Source: Rhodoferax sp. (GTDB taxonomy: Bacteria > Pseudomonadota > Gammaproteobacteria > Burkholderiales > Burkholderiaceae_C). Taken from it: a stretch of DNA of 64,000 nucleotides. Location: positions 33,672 through 97,671 of the forward strand of contig JANMVT010000195.1 in NCBI GenBank assembly GCA_031392945.1, given 5' to 3'. The position numbers and the translations under genes are program-made. Numbering within the stretch: the stretch's first letter is position 1; each line of letters starts with the position of its first letter. Positions 26,484-35,988 of this stretch are shown here, in pieces. The notes under the pieces were generated by a model. The model had not been told where the DNA came from, ran no database searches, and saw only the letters and a program-made list of their open reading frames with translations.

Positions 26484-28652
26484 CTATCCGATGATTGCAG
26501 CGAGGTCTTTGCGGTCGGCGAAACGGTGCATGGCGATCGCGGCGACAAGCCGCTTCACGAATTCATTACTGACTGCACTACCGGAAGACAGCAAAACGCC
26601 CGGCCCCTGAAACTGGCCGTCGGACGCACCGGCTGATCGGGCCGCCGTGGTGACCAACATTGCACCGTCGCCGCTGGCGGCTATCGCCTTACCGTGCTTG
26701 TAGGCCTCCTTGACGAATAATACCGCGTTGGCATCGGCGCACAGTGCAGCCACGCTTGCCTTCCCGGCTGGAATGAATACGGCATCGAACAACACTGACG
26801 AAACCGTTGGCAAGCTGTGATCGACGTTGACCGGCTTGCCATCACTGTCGCTGATTTCGCCCAATCGCGGAGCAATGACTTTGACCGTTGCTCCTCCAGC
26901 TTCCAGGGCCTGGCGCATAGCCTTGATGCCCTTGCCATCGACACCGGCAGCCGCGAGCACCGCAAGCTTGCGGCCAACGACTGCAAGCTTGCGCGTGCTG
27001 GCCATGCTCAGCGCTGCATCAGTCCTGGGTTTGTCGGTGCGCGGAGCATTTGCAGCGCCCGCTGGCGGTGCCGGAACGGCCATGCCTAAACCATCGGCAA
27101 CTCGCTTGGCAAGCGTCGAATCGACTTGCGTCAAATTCGAGACCATGCGCTCGCGTATCGCGAGCACTTCGACCTTGCCCAGCTCGAAGCAGAACGCAGA
27201 AACGATATGATCCTGCTCCCACGCTGCCTGACTACGCCAGAACAGCGCAGCCTGCGAGTAGTGATCGGCAAATGTTTCGCTACGTGCGCGAACCTTTTGC
27301 CCCGTCAAGCTTTCAGCATGACTGACAAAACCGCCCTGCTCCCACGGTCGCTGCATGGGACAACCAGCGCCAACGGTGTTGGGCTCATAGCTCACTCTGC
27401 CCTTCACGATGGTTTGCCGCATGTGGCCGTCACGCTGATTGTTGGCAACCGCCGTGATCGGTTGGTTGATCGGTAGCTCATGAAAATTAGGGCTGCCGAG
27501 CCGCGACAGCTGAGTGTCAGAGTACGAGAACAAGCGACCCTGCAATAGCGGATCGTTACTGAAATCTATGCCGGGCACTAGATGCCCAGGGTGAAACGCA
27601 ACCTGTTCCGTCTCGGCAAAATAATTGTCCGGATTGCGGTTCAGGGTCAGCTTGCCGATGATCTGCACCGGCACCAGGGATTCAGGAATTAATTTGGTGG
27701 CGTCCAGCAAATCGAAATCGAATTTGTGTTCGTCTTCTTCGGGCACGATTTGCACGCCGAACTCCCACTCCGGGTAGCGCCCCTGATCGATGGCCTCCCA
27801 CAAGTCGCGCCGGTTGAAGTCGCAATCCTTGCCTGCGAGCTTCACGGCTTCGTCCCAGACCAGCGAATGCACGCCAAGCACGGGTTTCCAGTGAAACTTT
27901 ACAAAACAGGATTTTCCTGCGTCGTCAATGAAACGATAGGTGTGAACACCGAAGCCTTCCATCATGGCAAAGCTGCGCGGAATGGCGCGGTCAGACATCA
28001 CCCACATGATGGTGTGCGTAGTCTCGGGCACCATCGAAATGAAGTCCCACAGCGTATCGTGCGCCGAGGATGCCTGCGGTATCTCGTTATGCGGTTCCGG
28101 TTTGACCGAATGAATCAGATCCGGAAATTTGATCGCATCCTGGATAAAGAACACCGGGATATTATTTCCGACGAGATCGAAGTTGCCTTCCGCCGTGTAG
28201 AAGCGCACAGAAAAACCGCGAACGTCGCGTGCCGTATCAGCTGAGCCGCGCGAACCCGCGACCGTTGAAAAACGCACGAACACCGGCGTCGCTATTTTAG
28301 GATCCTGGAGAAATCCTGCCTTAGTAGTTTTGCCCATCGATTTGTAAACCTCGAACACGCCGTGCGCGCCTGCACCGCGTGCATGCACCACGCGCTCGGG
28401 GATTCGCTCATGATCGAAATGCATGATCTTTTCACGCAAGATGTGATCTTCAAGAAGCGTTGGCCCACGAGTCCCGGCGCGCAGTGAATTTTGATTGTCG
28501 CTAATGCGCAATCCCTGATTGGTAGTGAGCGATTCGCCCGGCAGTTGCGCCAATGTCGACGCCGCCTGCCCTGACCGATTCTCATCAGACAGGGACGGAT
28601 GCAGTCCGGTCAGATTGACCGATTTCGGCTTGTCACTTGTGCGTTTGGTCAT
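26484..28652 (-). CDS. katE: large-subunit catalase HPII
   Basis: 722 aa. FDHERIPERVVHARGAGAHGVFEVY catalase active-site context, plus a C-terminal DJ-1/PfpI-like domain typical of HPII. Confidence 0.95.
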   Translation of the reverse strand: MTKRTSDKPKSVNLTGLHPSLSDENRSGQAASTLAQLPGESLTTNQGLRISDNQNSLRAGTRGPTLLEDHILREKIMHFDHERIPERVVHARGAGAHGVFEVYKSMGKTTKAGFLQDPKIATPVFVRFSTVAGSRGSADTARDVRGFSVRFYTAEGNFDLVGNNIPVFFIQDAIKFPDLIHSVKPEPHNEIPQASSAHDTLWDFISMVPETTHTIMWVMSDRAIPRSFAMMEGFGVHTYRFIDDAGKSCFVKFHWKPVLGVHSLVWDEAVKLAGKDCDFNRRDLWEAIDQGRYPEWEFGVQIVPEEDEHKFDFDLLDATKLIPESLVPVQIIGKLTLNRNPDNYFAETEQVAFHPGHLVPGIDFSNDPLLQGRLFSYSDTQLSRLGSPNFHELPINQPITAVANNQRDGHMRQTIVKGRVSYEPNTVGAGCPMQRPWEQGGFVSHAESLTGQKVRARSETFADHYSQAALFWRSQAAWEQDHIVSAFCFELGKVEVLAIRERMVSNLTQVDSTLAKRVADGLGMAVPAPPAGAANAPRTDKPRTDAALSMASTRKLAVVGRKLAVLAAAGVDGKGIKAMRQALEAGGATVKVIAPRLGEISDSDGKPVNVDHSLPTVSSVLFDAVFIPAGKASVAALCADANAVLFVKEAYKHGKAIAASGDGAMLVTTAARSAGASDGQFQGPGVLLSSGSAVSNEFVKRLVAAIAMHRFADRKDLAAIIG

Positions 28653-28764
28653 GGAAAAATACCCGCTATTTTTTGCTTACAAATTTTCGCGCGGCGTCGG
28701 ACATTGGATGAAACTGATGTCCGTGGAAACCGTACGCGAACCGGCGATTTCCCAACCGCAGATC

Positions 28765-28775
28765 GCTACTGTAGC
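28765..28775. repeat. short GCTAC-T-GTAGC palindrome upstream of katE
   Basis: Perfect 5+1+5 palindrome about 115 nt upstream of the katE ATG. Same GCTAC/GTAGC arms as copy 1. Confidence 0.5.
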
Positions 28776-28795
28776 CAGGAATGCGGCTCCAATCG

Positions 28796-29311
28796 TTACT
28801 GGGTTTCCATCACGTCGGTCATCTCGGTCATCAACGCTTTCTTGCGCTCGCTCATCTGGCCACCGATTGTCGGCAGATCCATCGACGACTTGCGGCACTT
28901 CGGAAACAGCTCACCCTCTTCTTCCTTCACGTGATGCTCTATGTATTCGCTGAGCACCTTGACCTTGGCGTCGTAGAGACCATCATCCGCGTCCATGCTG
29001 CGAATCTGCGCTATGAGTTCCTTGCACGAGGCGTGCTCGACTTCCGCCTCGTCAAGCAGATCGGGGTCGACCATGGCCTGACGTGCCGCAGGATAAAAAA
29101 TCTCTTCCTCAATGGTCGCGTGTACGCTGACCATCAGGCAAATGTGCTCGGCGAGCGCTTGCCGCTCGTCGCCATCGGTGCCCTTGGCGGCCAGCTTCAT
29201 GTATTTCTGAAACAGCGCGTGAACTTCCTTATGGTCATCGGTCAAGAGCTTGATCGGATCGATGGTCGTTGCTGCGCGCGGGGATTTCTTGGTGGTAGTT
29301 TTTGTCGTCAT
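28796..29311 (-). CDS. hemerythrin-domain protein
   Basis: Internal ATG at 29311 (GGAA ribosome-binding site). LLTDDHKEVHALF...HATIEEEIFYP...EHHVKEEEGELFP are His/Glu iron-ligand motifs. Paralog at 30138. Confidence 0.85.
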   Translation of the reverse strand: MTTKTTTKKSPRAATTIDPIKLLTDDHKEVHALFQKYMKLAAKGTDGDERQALAEHICLMVSVHATIEEEIFYPAARQAMVDPDLLDEAEVEHASCKELIAQIRSMDADDGLYDAKVKVLSEYIEHHVKEEEGELFPKCRKSSMDLPTIGGQMSERKKALMTEMTDVMETQ

Positions 29312-29515
29312 GGTATTTCCTGTCGTTGTTGATTTGAATTGAGGGGCAATCGCGAAGACAGACGCGCTGCGCACACTGACCGGCATTTGGATGCACGCGC
29401 TCTAGCGCGGGAGGAGTGTTGATGGACTCGGCGTCGGCCGAATCGGCATGTGCCTGCAAGTGCATGCAGTGAACCACCCGGAGAGTTTGCGGTAACACTG
29501 GCGCAGTCATCCCCG

Positions 29516-29737
29516 TCACCGGGATTTGTGGATTTCGACACCGAATTTCTTGGCGGCAGACTGGATGCGCTTCCACGCCGCATCGCGTTCGGAATCTGTG
29601 ACACCGTCAACCTGACTGAAGCGCGCAATGGCATTGCGGACATGGCCCGCGTTCTCTAGGGGTTCCTTGCGCTGGGTTGGAAACGCAAATTCCCTGGCAC
29701 TGAGACCATCGCGGCCTTTCGCAGTTAATTTGGTCAT
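29516..29737 (-). CDS. small conserved hypothetical protein (73 aa; resembles DUF6582 from memory)
   Basis: REFAFPTQRKEPLENAGHVRNAIARFSQVDGVTDSERDAAWKRIQSAAKKFGVEI. The family assignment is unverified. Confidence 0.6.
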   Translation of the reverse strand: MTKLTAKGRDGLSAREFAFPTQRKEPLENAGHVRNAIARFSQVDGVTDSERDAAWKRIQSAAKKFGVEIHKSR

Positions 29738-29812
29738 GGGAATGCCGAATGTCGTTCGAACCCTGTGTTACCGCCGTCCGATGCGGTCGGCTTGACCGCG
29801 GGGCTGTGAACC

Positions 29813-29890
29813 TCAACGAAAGAAGATGTATAAAACGACGAGAACGATTGCTGGAACGCCAAGAATCCAGCCCAAGAAATACTTGCCCAT
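29813..29890 (-). CDS. 25-aa hydrophobic micro-protein, absent from the ORF track
   Basis: Hand-translated as MGKYFLGWILGVPAIVLVVLYIFFR. GGAG sits 7 nt upstream. It shares the LGVP-x-I-hydrophobic-R design with the peptide at 31536. Confidence 0.55.
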   Translation of the reverse strand: MGKYFLGWILGVPAIVLVVLYIFFR

Positions 29891-30137
29891 GATGATCTCC
29901 GGTTGTGAATAAGCTTGGATCAAATATAGTCTTGCGGCAGCATGAATTCAGCAAGACACCACCGCCAACCCTTGTAGGAGACGCGCCTTAGTTGTGCAAA
30001 CGGCCCCACGAGTGACGCCGACCCCTGCGACGGCATGCCCTCATCGTCAGCTAGATCAGGAACACCGTCAAAAACGTGGCGATGGTCGTGCCGGTGTTGA
30101 TCGCCAACTGCCAATTCTCCGAGAAGTGGACCACGCG

Positions 30138-30629
30138 TCACATCGTGCCGGAGGCCAGCAGATCTTTCTTGCGCGCGGCCATCTTGGCGCCCAGCGCTAC
30201 CATGTCGAGCCTGGTTTCACGCGCCTTCGGGAACATCTCGTCCTGCTCCTCCTCGACATGGTGCTTGACGTATTCCGACAGCACCTTGATCTTGGCTTCA
30301 AACATCTCGCCGTCGGGCTCGATGGCCTTGACCTGCGCGATCAGAGCCTTCAGCGTCGCGTGCTCGAAGCTCGCGTCGGGAACCAGCTCGTGATCCTTCA
30401 ATGCTTGTTTCACGACCGGATAGAAGATCTCTTCCTCGACCTGCGCATGCACGCTGAGTGCGGTGCAGATCGACGCGACGATGACTTTCTTCTTCGCCGG
30501 TGATCGGACGACCTCATACAGCTCGAACAAACCACTGACGTGTTTGTGGTCGGCACGAAGCATCGCGGTGGCTTCCAGAGCCTTGGGCGCGGCCGGGACA
30601 GCTATTGTTCTGTGGGTTGCGGTAGTCAT
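30138..30629 (-). CDS. hemerythrin-domain protein (paralog)
   Basis: Internal ATG at 30629 (GAAGGA ribosome-binding site). MLRADHKHVSGLF...HAQVEEEIFYP...KHHVEEEQDEMFP. Confidence 0.85.
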   Translation of the reverse strand: MTTATHRTIAVPAAPKALEATAMLRADHKHVSGLFELYEVVRSPAKKKVIVASICTALSVHAQVEEEIFYPVVKQALKDHELVPDASFEHATLKALIAQVKAIEPDGEMFEAKIKVLSEYVKHHVEEEQDEMFPKARETRLDMVALGAKMAARKKDLLASGTM

Positions 30630-30866
30630 GAGTGTGATTCCTTCAATGCATGAGAGGGGGATCAAGATGACCATCAGAGTGGGGACTTCGACATTGTGTG
30701 CCGACAGATTGCGCACAGTTGTCAGTGGGGTTCGCACGGTGACGTAGGACGAGAGGCCGGTGTCGGCTATGCCTCGTTTCAGATCACCAGCCCTGTTGGC
30801 GCCGACGCGATATTGACCCGGTAGCCGACTTGGACTGACTCAAGCCATTTGCACTCAACCCCAATG

Positions 30867-30888
30867 TTGACAACTATCTGCATAGTTG
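30867..30888 (+). promoter_or_regulatory. candidate -35 box overlapping a 7-bp inverted repeat (possible operator)
   Basis: TTGACA at 30867-30872 runs into CAACTAT-CTGC-ATAGTTG (30871-30888), in the 466-nt AT-richer divergent region between the hemerythrin gene and the 31096 gene. No convincing -10 box was identified. Confidence 0.3.
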
Positions 30889-30932
30889 ATGATTTCCAAT
30901 GAAAATGGCCAATTTCCCCCGTGGAACATGCG

Positions 30933-30956
30933 TAGTTAGCTACTATTTTTATAGTG
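30933..30956. repeat. AT-rich palindromic intergenic element, copy 4 (TAGTTAGCTACTATTTTTATAGTG)
   Basis: The first 13 nt (TAGTTAGCTACTA) are identical to copy 1 at 3061. Arms ACTAT/ATAGT around T4. Confidence 0.75.
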
Positions 30957-31095
30957 AAATGCCGCCCGCCCATCGCGGACTGGTGGCGCGCGGATTGGCC
31001 TCTCTCCTACACCGGCAGTGCCCTGCTTCCTATGGCCTGGCTGGCCCGGGCGATCCATGATCGCTTCTGGCAACCCTGCAATTTTTTTATCCACC

Positions 31096-31536
31096 ATGGC
31101 CGATCCACATCCATCCATCATCGACCCGCAGCCCATATCTTCCAGCGCCGTGTCGTGGGGTGCCATCCTGGCCGGAGCGGCAGGCGCGGCGGCGCTGTCG
31201 CTGATCCTGCTGATGCTTGGCGTGGGCTTGGGCCTGTCGTCTGTGTCGCCATGGGCGTGCAGCGGCCTGGACGGCGCGGACTTGGGCAGATCAACCATCA
31301 TCTGGATCATCGTCACCCAACTGCTGGCCTCCGGCATGGGCGGTTTTTTGGCGGGCCGCCTGCGCACGAGGTGGTTCGACACCCCTGCCGATGAGGTTTA
31401 TTTCCGGGACACCGCGCACGGCTTTCTGGCCTGGGCCATGGCGTCGTTGGCGACGGCGTTGTCGCCTGCCTGTCAGCCACCTTCGGCGGGCGCCTGCGCG
31501 ACGCCTGACCCGACCAACCCCTTCTGGAGCCACTGA
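31096..31536 (+). CDS. hypothetical membrane protein (146 aa)
   Basis: In-frame ATG at 31096. Two hydrophobic segments (WGAILAGAAGAAALSLILLMLGVGLGL; IIWIIVTQLLASGMGGFLAG). Confidence 0.55.
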   Translation: MADPHPSIIDPQPISSSAVSWGAILAGAAGAAALSLILLMLGVGLGLSSVSPWACSGLDGADLGRSTIIWIIVTQLLASGMGGFLAGRLRTRWFDTPADEVYFRDTAHGFLAWAMASLATALSPACQPPSAGACATPDPTNPFWSH

Positions 31537-31610
31537 TGCGTTCACTGCTGCTGCTTTTTCTCGGTGTTCCGATCCCGATCATCATCCTGATCGCCCTGTT
31601 TGTGCGTTAG
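31536..31610 (+). CDS. 24-aa hydrophobic micro-protein, absent from the ORF track
   Basis: Hand-translated as MRSLLLLFLGVPIPIIILIALFVR. Its ATG overlaps the upstream stop by one nucleotide (TGATG, A at 31536). GGAG sits 8 nt upstream. Confidence 0.55.
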   Translation: MRSLLLLFLGVPIPIIILIALFVR

Positions 31611-31620
31611 GAGCATCGCC

Positions 31621-31941
31621 ATGTCAAATGCATTGCGTTTTTTCATTTTTGGGTTTGCCCTGGTCGCCATCGTCGGCTTCGGCATGACGGCCTGTTCGGA
31701 CAAGGCCGCGCCGCCAGCCGCTGCGGCAGCGCCGCTCATCACCGGGCCTGCGACGACGCCCAGCACCCAGGTGCTCGGTGTGGCCCCGGCGGGGCCGACG
31801 GCCGACCCAGCGGCGGGCACGTCGCCGGCCAAATCCGACATGAGCCGCGCACAGGAGTCCAGCGCCATGCCCATGCCGGGGCAGGCCAATGACCACTCGG
31901 TGCTGGGTCCCAAACCCGTGGACAAATCTTCGGGCAAATGA
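31621..31941 (+). CDS. Ala/Pro-rich lipoprotein (106 aa)
   Basis: In-frame ATG at 31621 with an AGGAG ribosome-binding site. Lipobox GFGMTAC. Confidence 0.65.
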   Translation: MSNALRFFIFGFALVAIVGFGMTACSDKAAPPAAAAAPLITGPATTPSTQVLGVAPAGPTADPAAGTSPAKSDMSRAQESSAMPMPGQANDHSVLGPKPVDKSSGK

Positions 31942-31984
31942 TTTCTGCAAACAGCTCGCGGCGTTTTCCCGCACTGGAGGATTT

Positions 31985-32494
31985 ATGTTGAATTCCGGTC
32001 AAGTCAATGCGCTCAATGCAAGCTCCGCTGCCAGCTTTTTCTTTGCCAGGCCGATGCCTTCCGGGGCGGCAGATTCAGCCATCAGCGAACAAATCTGCCG
32101 CGCGGACGGGCAATTTGTCGCGATGCTTGACGCCTACCGGCCCAGCGGCGGGCTGGCGCGGCTGCAGGAGCTGGCCACCCTGCGCTGCGGCGGCGCCCAG
32201 GTCGATGTCAACCGCCTGGCCAGTTGCATCTCGCGCCGCGAGTTGATCTGTTTTGAGTGGCAGTCGCATGCCTGGCTGCCGCTGTTCCAGTTCAATGCCA
32301 CCGACATGACGCCGCTGGCCCAATTGCAGCCCGTGCTGGTGGAGCTGAGTTGCCTATACGACCCCTGGGAGCTGGCGCAGTGGTTTTCGCAGCCCAATCC
32401 CTGGCTTGCCGGCCAGGCACCTGCGGACACCCTGTTGAGCGACTTGGCGGCCGTGCTCCAGGCCGCGCGCGCCGACCGCTTCGTGGCCAATTGA
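31985..32494 (+). CDS. hypothetical protein with a C-terminal Xre/MbcA/ParS-type (DUF2384-like) motif
   Basis: In-frame ATG at 31985 (169 aa). The C-terminus [23 protein letters not shown]...RADRFVA resembles the W..PN..L.G..P..LL pattern of DUF2384. No RES/toxin partner follows. Confidence 0.4.
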   Translation: MLNSGQVNALNASSAASFFFARPMPSGAADSAISEQICRADGQFVAMLDAYRPSGGLARLQELATLRCGGAQVDVNRLASCISRRELICFEWQSHAWLPLFQFNATDMTPLAQLQPVLVELSCLYDPWELAQWFSQPNPWLAGQAPADTLLSDLAAVLQAARADRFVAN

Positions 32495-33834
32495 TGGTGT
32501 CGCCGATGAAGAAGCTGGTGAAGCCGCCGTTCGCCGCCAGCGCCGCGTTGGCCTTGCTGGCCCTGGCCGCTTGCGGCGCGGTGAGCTTGCTGCCGGACTC
32601 GGCCGGGATGGGTCCGCGGCCGACGCTGCCCGAGCCGCAGGCCAGCTTGATTCCAACGGTCAACATCGCGCCTGCCATAGGCTGGCCTTCAGGCGCCACG
32701 CCACTGGCCGCTGCCGGCACGCGTGTTGCCGCGTTCGCCCACGGGTTGGACCACCCGCGCTGGCTGTACGTGTTGCCCAACGGCGATGTGCTGGCGGCCG
32801 AAACCAATGCGCCGCCCAAACCCGCCGATGGCTTGGGGCTCAAAGGCTGGATCATGGGCCTGGTAATGAAGCGCGCGGGTGCAGCGACGCCCAGCGCCAA
32901 CCGCATCACCCTGCTGCGCGACACCGACGGGGACGGCGTTGCCGATGTGCGCTCGGTCTTGCTCGACGGCCTGAATTCCCCCTTTGGCATGGCGCTGGCC
33001 GGCGGCAATTTGTATGTGGCCAATTCCGACGCGGTGCTGCGTTTCCCCTACACGACGGGTGATGTCCGCATCACCGCGCCCGGCGTCAAGCTGGTCGATT
33101 TGCCGGCCGGCCCGATCAACCACCACTGGACCAAGAACCTGATTGCCAGCCCCGACGGCGCCAAGCTGTATGTGACGGTCGGTTCCAACAGCAATGTGGC
33201 CGAGCGCGGCATGGAGATTGAGGCCGGGCGCGCGGCAATCTGGCAGGTGGACATCAACACCGGCGCGCACCGCATCTTCGCGTCCGGCCTGCGCAACCCC
33301 AATGGCCTGGCCTGGGAAGGCGCCAATGGCGGCGTCTTGTGGACGGTGGTCAATGAGCGCGACGAGATCGGCAACGACCTGGTGCCCGATTTCCTGACAT
33401 CGGTGCGTGATGGGGCTTTTTATGGCTGGCCCTACAGCTATTACGGCCAGCATGTGGACATCCGCGTCACGCCGCAGCAGCCTGCCCTGGTGGCCAGCGC
33501 CATCGCGCCAGACTATGCGCTGGGGTCGCACACCGCGTCTTTGGGATTGGCATCCTCAAGCGGCAGCAGTTTGCCGGCGCAGTTTGCGAAGGGCATGTTC
33601 ATTGGCCAGCACGGCTCCTGGAACCGGCGTCCGCACAGCGGCTACAAGGTGGTTTTTCTGGCGTTTGAAGCAGGCCAGCCGGTTGGCGCGCCGCTGGATG
33701 TGTTGACCGGGTTTCTGAGCGAAGACGGCAAGGCCTTTGGCCGGCCGGTAGGGGTTGCTCTGGACAGGCAGGGCGCCTTGCTGGTCGCCGACGACGTCGG
33801 GAACGTGGTGTGGCGGGTCACGGCACTGCGTTGA
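32494..33834 (+). CDS. PQQ-dependent sugar (glucose/sorbosone) dehydrogenase-family lipoprotein
   Basis: The ATG at 32494 overlaps the upstream stop by one nucleotide (TGATG). Lipobox LALAAC. Beta-propeller motifs [37 protein letters not shown]. Confidence 0.8.
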   Translation: MVSPMKKLVKPPFAASAALALLALAACGAVSLLPDSAGMGPRPTLPEPQASLIPTVNIAPAIGWPSGATPLAAAGTRVAAFAHGLDHPRWLYVLPNGDVLAAETNAPPKPADGLGLKGWIMGLVMKRAGAATPSANRITLLRDTDGDGVADVRSVLLDGLNSPFGMALAGGNLYVANSDAVLRFPYTTGDVRITAPGVKLVDLPAGPINHHWTKNLIASPDGAKLYVTVGSNSNVAERGMEIEAGRAAIWQVDINTGAHRIFASGLRNPNGLAWEGANGGVLWTVVNERDEIGNDLVPDFLTSVRDGAFYGWPYSYYGQHVDIRVTPQQPALVASAIAPDYALGSHTASLGLASSSGSSLPAQFAKGMFIGQHGSWNRRPHSGYKVVFLAFEAGQPVGAPLDVLTGFLSEDGKAFGRPVGVALDRQGALLVADDVGNVVWRVTALR

Positions 33835-35506
33835 GCGGCTGCGTCGGGGTTGAGCCAATAGCACCTTGCGAAAAAAGCAGTGCCTCGTCCACTGACTTCA
33901 TGAATTCGTGCATGTTGAGGGGCTTGGTGATGTAGCGGAAGAAACCGGCCCGCAGTCCTTTTTCCACTTCATGGGGCATGGCATAGGCGCTCAAGGCCAG
34001 TACTGGAATGTGCGACGTAGTCGGATCTTCGCGCAATTTTCCCAGGCTCTCAATCCCGCCCATGCCGGGCTGGTCAAGGTCCATCAAGATCACGGCCGGT
34101 TGGTGCGCGCGCGCAAACTCAAGCGCCAAGCCTCCATGCGTTGCGCTTAGCAGGCGATGGTTGGGGCGCTGGGCAATCAACTGCTCTACAAGTTCGAGGT
34201 TGGCGGGGTTGTCGTCCACATGCAGCACGGTGTGAGGACGGGCGCCAGAGGGCGGACCTGCAAGCGCTGTTGAGGCCCATGCGGGTTCGTCCTGCGAGAC
34301 CGCGGGGGCCGGCGCAGCATTCAATTCAATCCAGAACTCGCTGCCTTTGCCCACAGCGCTGTGCACACCAATTTCGCCGTGCATGAGTTCTGTCAGGCGC
34401 TTGCACATCACGAGGCCAATGCCAGTGCCCTGCACGGTGCCGGTTTCCCGCCCAAGCCGGTTGAAGGGCTGAAACAGCTGTTCGATTTGTGCCGCGCTCA
34501 ATCCTTCGCCTGTGTCCTGCACGGCAATGCGAATGCGGCCAGCAAGTGTGGGCTTGCAGGTGACATCTACCGTGCCGCCCTGGCGGTTGTATTTGACGGC
34601 ATTGGACAGCAGGTTGATCAGAATCTGCTTGACCCGGACGCGGTCTGCTTCCACAAACACGGGATGGTCGAAGCGGGGCAGAGCGACCCTGATGTTGCGC
34701 TGGTCCGCCAGGGGCGCGATCATGATCTGGCATTCATGCAGGACGCCGGCCAGCGCCAGAGGTTCCGGCTCCATGCGAGAGACGCCCGACTCGATGCTCG
34801 CAATGTCCAGGGTTTCGTTGATGAGCTTCAACAGGTACCAGCCAGACGTGACAATATGGGCCAGGCTCTTTTTTTGCGCCGGTGTCGGCGCCGGTGTACC
34901 GGAATCCATCAGCTGGGCAAAGCCCAAAATGGCATTGAGCGGCGTGCGCAGTTCGTGGCTCATTTGGGTCAAATGTTCTGATTTCGCCTGGTTGGCTTTC
35001 TCCGCCGCAAGCTTGGCCTGACTCAGGTCAAGTTCTGCCTGCTTGCGTTTTGAAATGTCGCTGAACAGGATGGCCACCTGGTTTGTTTCCGGACTGCCAT
35101 AGCGGAACGCGTACACGTCAAACCAGCGATGCATCGACTCAGCGTGGTTTTCACAACGAATCGGTTCGCCTGTCAGGGCAACTTTGCCATAGGTTTCAAA
35201 CCAATGTGCTTCAATGCCAGGCACCAACTCGCGTATGGTTCTCCCTTGCGCATTTTCCAAACCGGTTTGTTGCCCGAACGAAGGGCTTACTTCCAGAAAA
35301 CGATAGTCCACCGGCCGAACCTGGGTGTCAAACAGCATCTGTACGACGCAGTACCCTTCTCCAATTGAATTGAAAAGTGTGCGGTAGCGTTGTTCGGATT
35401 GGTGCAGCGCCAGTTTGGAACGGGCAAGTTCTTCAGCCAGGCCAATCCGCCCGGCCTCGTTTTCCAATGCCTGAGGGACTATTTGAGGTGGGTGGCCGGG
35501 AATCAT
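33818..35506 (-). CDS. hybrid sensor histidine kinase (PAS, HisKA, HATPase_c, REC), paralog of the kinase at the window start
   Basis: ORF 33818..35854 overlaps the upstream gene, so the ATG at 35506 is preferred (8 nt after that gene's stop). [20 protein letters not shown], receiver [14 protein letters not shown]...KP. Confidence 0.85.
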   Translation of the reverse strand: MIPGHPPQIVPQALENEAGRIGLAEELARSKLALHQSEQRYRTLFNSIGEGYCVVQMLFDTQVRPVDYRFLEVSPSFGQQTGLENAQGRTIRELVPGIEAHWFETYGKVALTGEPIRCENHAESMHRWFDVYAFRYGSPETNQVAILFSDISKRKQAELDLSQAKLAAEKANQAKSEHLTQMSHELRTPLNAILGFAQLMDSGTPAPTPAQKKSLAHIVTSGWYLLKLINETLDIASIESGVSRMEPEPLALAGVLHECQIMIAPLADQRNIRVALPRFDHPVFVEADRVRVKQILINLLSNAVKYNRQGGTVDVTCKPTLAGRIRIAVQDTGEGLSAAQIEQLFQPFNRLGRETGTVQGTGIGLVMCKRLTELMHGEIGVHSAVGKGSEFWIELNAAPAPAVSQDEPAWASTALAGPPSGARPHTVLHVDDNPANLELVEQLIAQRPNHRLLSATHGGLALEFARAHQPAVILMDLDQPGMGGIESLGKLREDPTTSHIPVLALSAYAMPHEVEKGLRAGFFRYITKPLNMHEFMKSVDEALLFSQGAIGSTPTQPLNAVP

Positions 35507-35514
35507 CAGTTGGA

Positions 35515-35988
35515 TCACTTTCGAGGCTGTGCCGCAAGGGAGGCCAAAATGGTCATCCAGGACGCTGGTGGCACATGCCCCATAGCCTTGGACAGGAGTT
35601 GCGGCAGCAGTCCGGCCATCACGGCCGGTTTCAGCACCCAGCGCCACGGGCGGCTCCAGGCAAACAGGCCGCCCAGCACGGCGGCCCCCAACACCAGCAA
35701 CAATGGATTGCGTTTCGCCACCGGCTGCAACCATGGCTTGGCGGCGTCGGCCAACAGCAGGCCGACGTTGTGCAGCGGGTGGCGCGCCCACCAGACGCGC
35801 AGTGCCTGCGATAAAAAATCGAAACCCGGCAGGCCTTTCAGGCGCGCAAGCCAAGGACCGTCAATGCCATGGCCCCCGCGCCCGCCGGAGTTGGTTGTGA
35901 CGGGTAACATCGCCAGGCGCAACCGTTCGCGTGACCGTGTCAGCCGCTCGGATGGCGTCAACACGGCGGTTGGCGCGACCGGAGTCAT
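35515..35988 (-). CDS. membrane protein in the YqjK position of a yqjD-E-K-like operon
   Basis: 157 aa. Hydrophobic segments (NPLLLVLGAAVLGGLFAW). 4-nt overlap with the upstream DUF1469-like gene. Confidence 0.55.
   Translation of the reverse strand: MTPVAPTAVLTPSERLTRSRERLRLAMLPVTTNSGGRGGHGIDGPWLARLKGLPGFDFLSQALRVWWARHPLHNVGLLLADAAKPWLQPVAKRNPLLLVLGAAVLGGLFAWSRPWRWVLKPAVMAGLLPQLLSKAMGHVPPASWMTILASLAAQPRK

Noticed and set aside
30779-30973. 64-aa minus-strand ORF in the AT-richer region upstream of the second hemerythrin gene
   Set aside because: It has no Shine-Dalgarno and atypical composition for this genome, and it overlaps the AT-rich palindromic element. It is more likely regulatory DNA.
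35507-35854. N-terminal extension of the hybrid kinase ORF 33818..35854
   Set aside because: It overlaps the well-formed membrane-protein gene 35515..35988 in another frame. Similarity to the paralogous kinase begins after the ATG at 35506.
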